A program made the translations under genes and the position numbers. From the NCBI GenBank assembly GCA_030390025.1, contig CM059431.1, positions 107,076,001 to 107,140,000 on the forward strand: DNA of 64,000 bases. Reading direction: 5' to 3'. The notes under the pieces are model-generated. The model made no database searches, was not told the DNA's origin, and saw only the letters and a list, made by a program, of their open reading frames with translations. Every line of letters begins with the position of its first letter. Within the stretch, counting starts at the first letter, position 1. The DNA comes from Squalus acanthias (Eukaryota). This document shows positions 12,202 through 23,280 of the stretch, one piece after another.

Positions 12202-12944
12202 GGGCCGAAAATTGATCCCGGGACGCGAGAGTACGCACTGCGTACTCTCGCGTATTCCCACTCCAATTGCCGGTTTTCTGCATGCCCTGCGCATGCGCTG
12301 AAAACCGGCAATTGCTCTTCTGAAAAGGGGGCGGGTCCTCGGTGCATCGCGTGCGCGCTACAGGCTGCGCGCACGCTGTGCACTTCATGCTTTGGACGCG
12401 CAGGTAAGTACGGAAGATTTTGGAAATGTAAAAAGGAGGAGTAAGACCCACTTTTAAGAAGGTAAGTAGTGAATTAAGTATTTTTTTGAATTTTTTTTTA
12501 ACAGGTATATCTTTTTTAGAGACTTTAAAGACAGGTAAGTTTATTTTTATAACTTTTTAAAAGATTTTAAATTTTTTCAAAAATTTAATTTTTTATTTAA
12601 AATGGTTAATTTAATTAACTATACTTATTTTATTAATGTGATGGTTTTTTTTTTATTTAATTGAGGTTTAGCTGTTATTTTGGGGGGGTGTAAGATTCAT
12701 AGATTTCACAGCCGTGCTGTGAAACTTATGAATGGAAGATGGTGTGCTGCCATTGGCTCTAACTGAGTCACGTGATCCCACAGCTCGCACGAATTCACTA
12801 CGCCGCTGGGATACGCAAGCACTGCCCAGCTGATGTCTAGAACATCAAGTTCGTGCGAGCTGGATCTGAAAAAGCACAAGCGAGGTGAGAGATCTCGGGG
12901 AAGCCTTACCCCCGCGGGAACAGAGCGAGATCAATTTCTGGGCC
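12202..12944. mobile_element. Harbinger-type MITE, copy 1 (743 bp)
   Basis: AAT|gggccgaaaattga...tcaatttctgggcc|AAT; colinear with 52640-53403. Confidence 0.88.
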
Positions 12945-12999
12945 AATAAGATTGATTTTATGAATCCATGTTCCCAGTGAGGAGCATCATCTGTTGAGA

Positions 13000-13380
13000 G
13001 TTCTTGTTTTCAAATCCCTCCATGGCCTCGTCCCTCCTTATCTCTGTAACCTCCTCCAGGCCTACAAACCTCTGATATCTCTGCACTCCTCCAAATCTGG
13101 CCGATTGCGCATCCCAGATTTTCATCGCTCCACCATTGGTGGTCGTGCACTCAGCTGCCTGGGCCCTTAGCTCTGAAATTCCCTCCCTAAACCTCTCCGC
13201 CTCTCTCTCCTCCTTTAAGATGGTCCATAAAACCTACCTCTTTGACCAAGCTTTTGGTCGCCTGTTCTAATATCTCCTTATGTGGCTCGGTGTCAAATTT
13301 TGTTTGATAATCACTCCTGTGAAGCACCTTGGGACGTTTTACTATGTTAAAGGTGCTAAACAAATGCAAGTTGTTGTTAT
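13000..13380 (+). mobile_element. L2 3' end
   Basis: Colinear with about 4003-4390; tail aaatgcaagttgttgtt. Confidence 0.9.
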
Positions 13381-13596
13381 AGAAAAGATTTTAGACACAT
13401 TCCACATAATCTTCCATCCAATATGCCCTCCCAGTGGGATAGAATCAATACTAAGGAATAATACTTAAGGAATAATACATTTTATAATGCTTTTTAAATG
13501 CTGCTTAAATTTTTGTATCACTCACACTAAATAATCTTCTCGATCCAACAAACATCATGACCAGTATGCCAATAACCTGCCCCCACTTCGATCATG

Positions 13597-15357
13597 GCGG
13601 GGAATTTTTCGGGGGATCAGCGGACGTGTTTGGTGGCGGGTTGGGTGGGAAAATGTTTTTTTTTAAAGCGGTTCGGGACCCCGTTGTCAACCCGCCGCCA
13701 CGCACCTTTCCCAAATGTCGGGTCTGCCAACGCTGAACCGAACCGACACGCAGTGGCGGGGGAGGCAATTCAAGTCATTATGACCTTGTTAACAGACCAT
13801 TAAGAACTATTTTGAGATCACCTTCAGAGTTTACGAGGTCGCCCATGGGGTCCATGCTGCTCGGGGATCACGTCAGGTAAGCAGGTTGGGAATTGAATGG
13901 CCATGGAATCATCTCATTACTTGACAGCTGCAAATGTGCTCACTTTCCAAGCTCAGAAGCTGTTGCTTACTACATTTGGAAGACAGATTGAACTTTATGC
14001 AGGTTACAAGTGTTTGGAGCAAACTCTCTATCCAGTGTCACCTCATTGGAACAACCTCTCTCACCATTGACAGATCGCTTCTGTCATCTCAAGTTCACCT
14101 GCCATCTATTATGTCAGAATCGGTGCCCTGGACACTATCTCACCTTGGTCCTCAGAATCCTACCACGATCAGCCGCAACACCAGCAGCACCAGGCACACC
14201 AGGAACATAAACAACAACACCAACCTTCTCCGCAATCAACTGATACTGCACAGGACAGAGAGCATTAGCACCCGACATCATTGCTGCCCGGAAGGCCAGG
14301 GATGGTCTCATCATGGCCGCATTTACTTCACTTGATGCTGCACACCCTGGCTGCCACATAATGCACCAGGTTGGCACCACCCTACGCCAACACCATAAAG
14401 CATCCCTACAATGCCCAAGCCATTCCTTTCACACTCATCACTATTATGGGGGGGTACCGTTATGTCTCACTATTCACTGTAACTCACTAAGCCACTTCCA
14501 AAGGTGCACACAAATCTGTCCAAGAATGTAAAGTATTGAAAATAAAGGTTACAATGTTTGACACCACATTAACAGAAACTTCACATGAACATTGGCTAAA
14601 ACATACAAGTGCCTACCCTTGTGTGTTGTTAGTTGGTATGCTTGCAGTAGGATGAGGGTGAGTGTGAGGGGTGGCTTGTGAGATGGGGAAGTGATAATGT
14701 AGAGAGAGAGGGATGAGTGGAGGTACAAGGTAAGTTGGTGTGAGTACGGATGTGCAGGAACAGGGTAGGGAAGGCAGAGTGATGGGGATGTGATGAGAGG
14801 CACAGCAGGGTGAAGGTGATTGTGGCTTTGCAGTAACGTTTCGTGATCTACTGAGATCATTGAAAGGTTTGTGGCACTGCACCCAGGTCCTCCTGACCAC
14901 ATCCCTGCTTGTGTCCTCCTGTGCAATGTGCAACCAGGCTGCGTTGATCTCCTGGGGAAGTCTCTTCCGCCCATTGGAAGAGAAGACAACCTCCCTGCGT
15001 GCTGTGACTCCCTCCATAAGCATATGGAGGGAGTCATGGGAGAGCCTGGGTGCCGCCCTGCACCTCTGTGCAGTGCGTGTCAGTGTTTGCAGCACCTCAA
15101 TGCTGTAGAACACTGACAGCACAACTATCAAAATTAATTTGCGCATGGTCCCTTTAAGGAAACCGGCTCATGACGCGTCATCGAATGACGTCATCAGACC
15201 CGCTTCCTTCAATTGGCCGGGAAACGCGCTGGGCGGGCTTAGCAAGCCCAATCGGATGAAAATCATTTTGGACAGCGGGCTGGAGCCAGCAGGGAGGCTG
15301 AGACCCGCCACCGACGTCGCCCGCCACGGACCCGCCGAGGTTGGTAAAATCCAGCCC
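13597..15357. mobile_element. Internally deleted PIF/Harbinger transposon, copy 1
   Basis: TSD ATG; TIRs gcggggaattttt / aaaatccagccc; Myb/SANT-like relic on minus; colinear with 54518-56311. Confidence 0.9.
14838..15070 (-). pseudogene. Harbinger Myb/SANT-like DNA-binding domain relic
   Basis: RAAPRLS..SLHMLMEGV..RREVVF..AAWLHIA..RRTWVQCHKPFNDL, the NAIF1/MSANTD-type trihelix pattern. Confidence 0.85.
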
Positions 15358-16759
15358 ATGGTCTCTGTTACCCCCAATCCCCCGCACTTGCCATGTCATG
15401 CGAGGCAGTTTATATCTTTTGCTATTGGCTCCTTATAACTTTGTGTGGGTGTATTATTTTAGATTTTTTAATATTGGATGTTTATATATTCATGTGAGGG
15501 TGATATTGTAATATTATTGTTATTGGCTGTTGTGGGTGTTATATTTACTGCATTATATTTGGGCTGTAAATGTGTTTGTGGAAGAGAATCAGAGAGGGAA
15601 GTTTGGGCGGTGGGGGGTCTTCTACAGGTAGATGGACAAGCATTCTGCTCTAGAAGGGAGTGATGAGGAACTCAAACAAAGACTAAGGCATGGAGGTGTC
15701 ATGTAGAGAAGGATGACTAACGGAGTCAGCCAGAGAGGGAGCCTACCTTTCAAATTTCCCAGCCTTGCTTTAATATTTTTACAGGCATCTTGCATCAGGC
15801 CCTGAACCCCAAGCTGTCCCTACCCCACTCTCCTTGTGTTTCTTTTCATTTCCTTCAATATTAAGTCCGAGCCCCAAAGGTATCTGAGCTCTAATCCGAA
15901 TGTGTTCCACAAATTTTTTCCCACGGTTTGTTGTGTCTCTGTTTTTCCAAGGCCTTTTCTTCGTTTCTTGAAATTCTTCATCCATTATTTATCCCTCAAA
16001 TGTGCCTTTTTAAATCCCCAACCTTCTAATCAGCCTATTTTACTTTCTTTTGTCTAACTGTTGTACCATTTTTGAACCCCAATAATTGCGCCTGTTTTTT
16101 CTTAAATCCCTCCTTGATCCTACTTCCCCCCCCACCCCGCCCCCATTCTCCCCCTTCTTTTTCTTTCATGCCCAACTTCACATAATATGGGTAATAATAC
16201 GTTCGATTTACTAGTATAATTTCAAATTGTATATCTGATGTTAGGCATGAATTTTAAAGTAAATTCATGTGACCTAAAAAAATAATTCTGTAACAAAAAA
16301 GTTAGTCAAGTGTGGGTCAAATAAACAGCGAAGGCCGGTGATGCAATATATTTTATCATTTTCACCTGCGCTGCAGTAGCAAGTTATAAGGCAGGCAAAT
16401 TATTCCCAGGTTTGAGTTGGCTAGTTGAGGATAAATTACTTGCATATCTCATGTGAATTAAGTTATCCCTATACATACATATAAATCAAGCTATCAGAAC
16501 GAAAATTACCCCAAAATGTTACCAGACCGATATCCTTCATTTAAAATAGCACACATTTCATCTGTGGAACTGTAATAGTTCAGCGCAGTTAATATGTTTC
16601 AAAGTTGACCTTATAATGCTGGGTGCTATTACCTACGCAAGGCTCGAGTATAAATTGAAGACTACTTTTACTTCATTGTTACATGGGTTGGAGCTCTCTC
16701 GGAATATATTAATGTTTTAAAAATGCGTTGGTACAGGAATTCTGCCGGCACTTTTATTT

Positions 16760-18452
16760 CTTTTATTCATTCACGGGATGTGGGCGTCGCTGGCAAGGCC
16801 GGCATTTATTGCCCATCCCTAATTGTCCATGAGAAGGTGGTGGTGAGCCGCCTTCTTGAACCACTGCAATCTGTGAGGTGAAGGTGCTCCCACAGTGCTG
16901 TTAGGGAGGAAGTGTAAGGGGTTACGGTTCAGGGTGCTTGTGCGAGGTTAGGCCTTATTGCTTGCTCTGGTCTCCAGCCAACCTTGTAGCACTAAACACC
17001 TGTGAGTGGTTCGACCCACTCGCCCTTACGGTTCTAACACTGGACTTAGGTGCGAGAGCAGTAATGCAGAAAAAAACTCAAATAGACCCGGTTGAATAGT
17101 ACGAAATGGAAATCTTTATTGCATAACGTCCAAAATCATGAAGTACATGTCATAGGCACAAATTAACGATAGTACAAGTATACATACATTCATAAAGCTT
17201 GGTCTATGGTAATGAAGAACGCACGGCACATTGTAAAAAGGGGAACACATTATATTTATCCTTAATAAAAAACCACCCTCCCCTATCAATACCTACACTA
17301 ATCTAGATTTGTAGGATCGGTAAAACATGCTCACCACTCGTGATACTTCGGAGAATTTTAAAACGGCGCTCGGCTCATTTCGCTGCAGCGCCTGACTGTC
17401 ACGTGTTTGAAGGGGTCTCTGTACCCCACTTGTTTATCTTCGCTGCTCCGGCAAGCAGGCTGGGCTCCCCGTTGTCATGAAGAACTCGACAGTGCTCGGA
17501 CACGGTTGTAGAAGTCCAGAGAGACAATCAAAAGCTCACCAGTCAAGCGAGTCCATGAAGCGGCAAGCGAATAAGAGTTCAGCAGTCATCAGCCAGATAA
17601 GAGAATAATAAGCAAGAGTTCAGCCCGAGTCAAGAGTCGAATCAAGAGACCGATGGACATTTGTTCACTATAGTTATAGTGTTGTGTTCCCTTATCTCCC
17701 GCTCAAATCTTGATGTTTGTCCTTTGTGTAATACTGGTGCACAAAACTCCCAGCACGGGGCGATTCTTTCCTTTAATGGGTTTCGGTAGCACCTTAAACT
17801 GGCCAACTATCCGTTAATGTTTTCCCCATTGTCGAACCGGCTAGGAGTCTCCCTGACTGGTTTTGGGGCCTCCTTGAATACTGACTTAATCACCCGAGAA
17901 TGGCTCTCTCATTGTAGAGCCGTGGGGGTAGTTGTGGATTGATGTATCTGGATGGGCCTTCGATTGCCCAGTACAATGGTCTTTACTTGTGCATGGAAAA
18001 CGATTCTAGCACTTATATCTTTGCTATTGTGTCGAATGCAGACAGGTTGCATCCTGTCTTTACCAATGTTTGCAGAGTATTATCCAATCTTACTCTGAAA
18101 TGTTTATTCGAACGCCATCTTGTCTGTCTACTGAAAATTCTAGAAACTTCTGCCACGAGGCGCGGCGGCCATTTTACAGGCTTCTTGTGTTCGTTTTGAA
18201 ACATGACAGCATTTCGCTGAAATAAAACTACTTGAACGAAACTGTACCTCTCTCGTTATTTTTGAATCGCGATAATTTGCAAATTTTACAGAAGTTCCAG
18301 CATTTTGACCCAGCAATGATGAAGGAACGGCCGATATACTTGCAAGTCAGGATGGTGTGTGTGACTTGGAAGGGAACTTGGAGGTGATGGTGTTCCCTTG
18401 CGCCTGCTGTCTTGTCCTTCTAGCTGGCAGAGGTCACAGCTTTGGGAGGTGC
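16760..18452 (-). mobile_element. 3' end of CR1-group LINE family B, split by a solo LTR
   Basis: 16760-16912 and 18291-18452 join to match 31399-31700 and, inverted, 20770-21085. Confidence 0.9.
16913..18290. mobile_element. Solo LTR, 1378 bp
   Basis: TGTAAG...TTTACA termini with a perfect 4-bp TSD GAAG (16909-16912, 18291-18294) inside a LINE; no retroviral ORF. Confidence 0.85.
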
Positions 18453-19269
18453 ACTATAAATTGAAAGCTATTTAAAATTAGGATGGGTTGCCAAACTCAA
18501 CTAAATCATTCAGTATTGTTGTTGCTTGAAATAGTACAGCAGTAGTGCCTGATCATTAAATTATTAATAATGCTGCATGAGAAATGGAAAATTAAATCGT
18601 GGTTAAGAAACAAAAAAAGTGGAAAACTGTTTCAGATTAAATGTGACCTAGGTTTCCAGTGAAACTACCTTATGCAATCTCAGTCCAGTTCTGTGAATGA
18701 CAATCAATAACCCCAAAACTGCCCTTGAATTTGGCATAATTGGCTCCAATTTGACAATCTGAATGAAAATACAATATGGGAAAGTGCTCTTTTTCTACCT
18801 TACTTATACTGATGGTGTTCTGTAATCTGATACTGAAAATCCATTCAGTCAAGTTAAATTCTTGCAGTGTCATCATTTGGACTGCCACTCTGGGCAGGGA
18901 CTGCTGGGATTGCTGCGTCGCACGACGCAATGCATGAATGTCACTGCTTATTGTCTACTTGTTTGATCAGGCTGAGAAATAAAATTAAATTGCTGCAAGA
19001 AAATAGCTTTTTTATAGTCAATTTTGACCAAGTGGAGATTGCTCCCCTAGCTTCTACTAATGCTGTGCTGAAATGGCAGCCAAAAATACATATACAAACA
19101 GACTTGGGGTGATTCAATTGCTGTTTGTTCTTTTCATTCTCTCGAAGGAAGTACTTCATCTGCCCCGAGAGCAACATGACTGAGATGAGGAATTAAGTAA
19201 AGTGACAGAGGGAACATGTGGCCCATCATTTTGTGACACCATCTTTGACTTCGGATTTATTTTCAGTCG

Positions 19270-20490
19270 ACATTTTCTCCCTTCTTGCTCTCCTGAAGTG
19301 CTGACTTCTGTTCCATGGTCACTGATTGCCTACGTCACCATGCTCGAGCGGCCATTCTTCCCTGGGTGAGCTTAGACAGTCAGGCCCCGATATTAACGGG
19401 GAGGCGAGGAGGGAGCGGGGTGGGGAGCACTTTTTGCGTTCGGGCTCAGGTCCTGCCGAATTTAAAGGCAGGTCCTGATTAACATTTTTTGCTCCATTTC
19501 CCGGCCGCTGCCAGCCAGATTGAGAGGCGGGCGGGCTGGCTGTCGGGCAGGTAGGCCTACAGCAGCAGGCTGCAGCCGGGGAGCGGAGAGGAGGGACCGA
19601 AAGGCCTGGGGGGTGGGGGGGGGGGGGGGGGGGGCGGGGTGGAGATTACAGGCCGTGTCAAAGGGGGGGGGAGATCAGAGGCTGGTGTCGGGAGGGGCGA
19701 TCAGAAGGATTGGGGGCGGGGGGGGGAGATTGGAACAGTCGAGGGAAGATCAGAGACCGCTGCTGGGAGGGAGGGATCGGAAAGACTGGGTAGGGGGAAA
19801 TCGTGGCTCGGGGGGGAAAAAATCGGATCGTTGGGGAGTGGTCCGATCGCGGGGGTGGTGTTGGGAATGGCCGATCGCTGGGTAGGGGGAAAGCAGGTTA
19901 GCTTAGTGGGCCGGGGGTGGGGGGGGGGAAGCACTCATGCTCCTTCTGGCCCACAAATAGTGCTGGAAAGGCACTTACCTCTTCCACACAGCAGTCCTCA
20001 CCTCTCTTTAGCTGCTGGGTTTCCCGAGGCCCAGGAAACCCAGCCGACAAAGTGTTAAAGCTGGAACATAGCTAAAATCTTAGGCACGCAGCCTCATTAA
20101 AATATTTAAATGAGTGAACCACCTCCTGGGAGCGGGTTGGTTGCCTGCCCCCCAGTCCCGCCTTTGTTAAAACCAGAAGTAGGCGGGTTTGCGGCACGTT
20201 GGTTTCAGGTTTGAGATTTTTAGCATGTTTACATCCCACCTGACCTAAACCCACCCATTCTAGGGGTTTGAAATACCCCCTCAGAGTAAATAGGCTATTA
20301 GATTTTAAGGAGACCTCACAGCCCATCTCAATCCTGCCCTCAATTGATAACCACAAATATGCAAAGGTCATTGGATAGCAATTAGGAAAAGGAACCATGG
20401 CTGATTTTCCACACCAGAGACTAGGGACGCTTAAGTCAAATGAATCACTCCTACTGCTCCCCTTTCCCAAGATAAGTGCAACTAACTCAC
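19270..20490 (-). mobile_element. AmnSINE2-like SINE split by a MITE
   Basis: ggccattcttc..gtgagcttagacagtca / gagt..aggctatt..ggaaccatggctgattttcc; homologous to 45650-46680. Confidence 0.6.
19383..20280. mobile_element. G-rich Harbinger-type MITE (898 bp)
   Basis: TCA|ggccccgatattaac...tttgaaataccccc|TCA. Confidence 0.8.
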
Positions 20491-20529
20491 TGAATTGACT
20501 CTGAGACCCTCTGGTCTATATGGTTCAGT

Positions 20530-21090
20530 TACAAGACTTTCCACCATCTACAAGCCACAAGTCAGGAGTGTGATGGAAAACCCTCCACTTGCCTGGATGA
20601 GTGCAGCTCCAACAACACTCGAGAAGCTTGACACCATCCAGGAGAAAGCAGTCTGCTTGATTGGCACCCCATCCACCACCTTAAACATTCACTCCCTCCA
20701 CCACCGGTGCACCATGGCTGCAGTGTGTACCATCTTCAAGATGCACTGCAGCAACTCTCCAAGGCTTCTTCGACAGCACCTCCCAAACCTGCGACCTCTA
20801 CCACCTAGAAGGACAAGGGCAGTAGGCGCATTGGAGCACCACCACCTCCAATTCCCCTCCAAGTCACACACCATCCTGACTTGGAAATATATCGCTGTTC
20901 CTTCATCGTCGCTGGGTCAAAATCTGGGAACTCCCTCCCTAACAGCACAGTGGGAGTACCTTCACCACACGGACTGCAGCGATTCAAGAAGGTGGCTCAC
21001 CACCACCTTCTCAAGGGCAATTAGGGATGGGCAATAAATGCTGGCCTTGCCAGCGACGTCTACATCCCAGGAATGAATAAATTAAAAAAA
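20530..21090 (+). mobile_element. LINE family B 3' fragment
   Basis: TIYKPQVRSVME..AWMSAAPTTLEKLDTIQ..SLHHR; tail aatgaataaa. Confidence 0.9.
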
Positions 21091-21179
21091 ATTGAGAGTG
21101 TAGTCTAGGCTGGCAAAGTACTGAGGAGGTCTGCCTGTTTAGAGATACCGAATTTCAGATGGAATGTAAATAAAGGCCC

Positions 21180-21420
21180 CGCAACATAAATTTACAAAGC
21201 TTATGCCAAGGCTTTGTAAAGTACTGGGCAGACCACACTGAGTTCAATTCTGGTCACCACACTGCAAGAAAAAAATCTACATGCTTTGGACCAACCAGAA
21301 TGATGCCAAGTGAGGAACAATTAGAAAAGCTCAAGAAGTACAACCTAGAAAGAAGAAGAAGAAGAAGAAGGGAGAGACCTCATTGAAGTGTCTAAAATAT
21401 TAAATGGTGTAGCTACGGTA
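21180..21420 (+). mobile_element. Decayed CR1 fragment
   Basis: cagaccacactgagttcaattctggtcaccac...ctagaaagaagaaga..ggagacctcattgaagtg. Confidence 0.65.
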
Positions 21421-21451
21421 ATGACAGAATATTACTTAAAATAAGTCAGTT

Positions 21452-22031
21452 GGGCTGGACGGAGTCTGATTCCCCGACCTTGGGGGGAGTGGGGAGGAGG
21501 GGTATCTGATTCCGGGGGTGGGGTTCTGATCCCCGACCCCGGGATGGACAGAGTCTAATTTCCCGACCTCAGGGGGCGGGGCGGGGAGGGGTATCTGAGT
21601 CCGGGGGGGGTGGGTTCTGATCCCCGACCCCGGGATGAACGGAGTCTGATTCCCCGACCTCGGGGGGAGGGGCGGGGAGGGGTATCTGAATAACTGATCC
21701 TGGGAGAGGGTTTTGTATGGGAGTATGTTGATGGTGGAGGAGCTTGGGGGGGCTGGGAGGAAGGCTTTCCTTACATTGCTGCAGCTGCCAGGGTTACGGA
21801 GACAGTAAAACCTGCAAAGCAGGTTAAATCCGAGGCTTCCAGCCTCATTAACATATTTGAAATGCCAACCCGCCTCCTGGGAGTGGGTTGGTTGCCCGGG
21901 CCTTGTCCCGCCCAAGGAAAAGCTGGAAGTCGGCGTGTTGGAGCCGGCTTCCCGACACACTTCCAATTTTCCCCATTTAACCTCCCACCTGGACCGACTC
22001 CAACCCGCTCACCCATGTTAAAATTCCCTCC
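21452..22031. mobile_element. G-rich MITE with internal ~90-bp tandem repeat
   Basis: Starts gggctgga and ends gttaaaattccctcc; right half resembles about 20010-20280; repeat units begin at 21457, 21546 and 21637. Confidence 0.7.
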
Positions 22032-22049
22032 AATATTTAGGTATTTTGT

Positions 22050-22340
22050 GAAGTCGCACAACACCAGGTTATAGTCCAACAGTTTTATTTGAAATCACAA
22101 GCTTTCGGAGCGCTGCTCCTTCGTCAGGTGAAGTGAAGAAATACATATGGGCACAGCATAAATAGCCAGAGAACACTGCCAGACGATTACAGTTAAACTT
22201 TCTAACTGCCCTTTATCACACCTCGGCAGAGAGATAATCACGGCAATCAAAGGTATGGATGGTGTCCAACCAGGTCAGTCAGGAAGACATTACATCAAAG
22301 ACGATAGCAAAATACAACAAAGACAATGAGATGGGGTCAC
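22050..22340 (-). mobile_element. Penelope-like element 3' fragment with hammerhead
   Basis: gaagtcgcacaacaccaggttatagtccaacag..gctttcggagcgctgctccttcgtcagg, also present at 61146 and 61798. Confidence 0.75.
22095..22131 (-). ncRNA. Minimal type I hammerhead ribozyme motif
   Basis: Minus RNA reads UCAC-CUGACGA-A-GGAGC-AGC-GCUCC-GAAA-GC-UU-GUGA: catalytic core, stem II, stem I UCAC/GUGA and palindromic stem III AAGCUU. Confidence 0.8.
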
Positions 22341-22519
22341 AAGGGGTCAAATGTGGCAGATGCTGGGGTCTGTATGGAAAACACATTTTTTTTTTTTTAC
22401 TTTTTTTGCTGGAAATCACAGCAGGTCCGGCTGCATCTGTGTAGATTTTGTGTATGCAAGGGTTTCACCAGCTAAAATCATACTGTTCAGTTTATTGCTG
22501 CTTGTTTCAACCAGGAACA

Positions 22520-22713
22520 CCCTCCCTAAACCTCCCTACCTCTCTCTCCTTCTTTAAGTCGCTCGTTAAATCCTACCTCTTTGACCAAGCATTTGGTCGC
22601 CTGTCCTAGTATCTCCTTATGTGGCTCGGTGTCAAATTTTGTCTGATAACGCTCCTGTGAAGTACCTTGGGACGTTTTACTACGTTAAAGGTGCTATATA
22701 AATGCAAGTTGTT
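22520..22713 (+). mobile_element. L2 3' end
   Basis: Matches about 4180-4385. Confidence 0.88.
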
Positions 22714-23280
22714 TGTGGTATGAGTGACATTTCTCACTGAAGGTGTGAGGTTTACAGTCGCAAAAAAATATATATTTAAAGGCACATATTATATGGGCAT
22801 GATAATAACAGAAGGGCAGCAGGTACACATCTTCATTCTTTGACCATGGGATTGAGGAGAATGATAAACATCGTTGTCATTGTTCAGTTAAGAAGGTTTC
22901 AAACGCTCGTTATAAAGAAAAAATAAATTGGTGGAGTGAAGCATAAGAGGAACTAAAGGGTTAACCTATTTCAGAAGCTCCAAAGGAATTGTTAATAATA
23001 GTAATCTTTTATCTTTATCTAAAATGACAATGGCTGTCCATTTTACAGGGCACGTGTTTTTGTTGTGGGAAATCAGACAGTTATTGAAAAGCGGTCAATG
23101 GCACAAACCTTGAAAGCTTCCAATTACCAGTTTGTCCTCAACAACCACAATTCCATTCCTTTCTAACTAATATTTAAACATCTGCTAAACGTATTAAAGT
23201 AAAGAAAATGAATAACCACATTTACAGTGGGAAATCAGTTACCCAGATAGCAGAAGGCTCAGATGCAGGGAAGACATAAT

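Noticed and set aside
15480..16200. Possible very degraded LINE endonuclease fragments on minus
   Set aside because: Only vague GGGV/GDF-like traces; no family can be supported.
17939..18204. Short ORFs in the solo LTR as viral accessory genes
   Set aside because: 63-86 aa with no recognisable motif; expected by chance.
21457..21690. Repeat-spacer pattern as a CRISPR array
   Set aside because: Units are fully tandem with no unique spacers; eukaryotic context with no cas genes.
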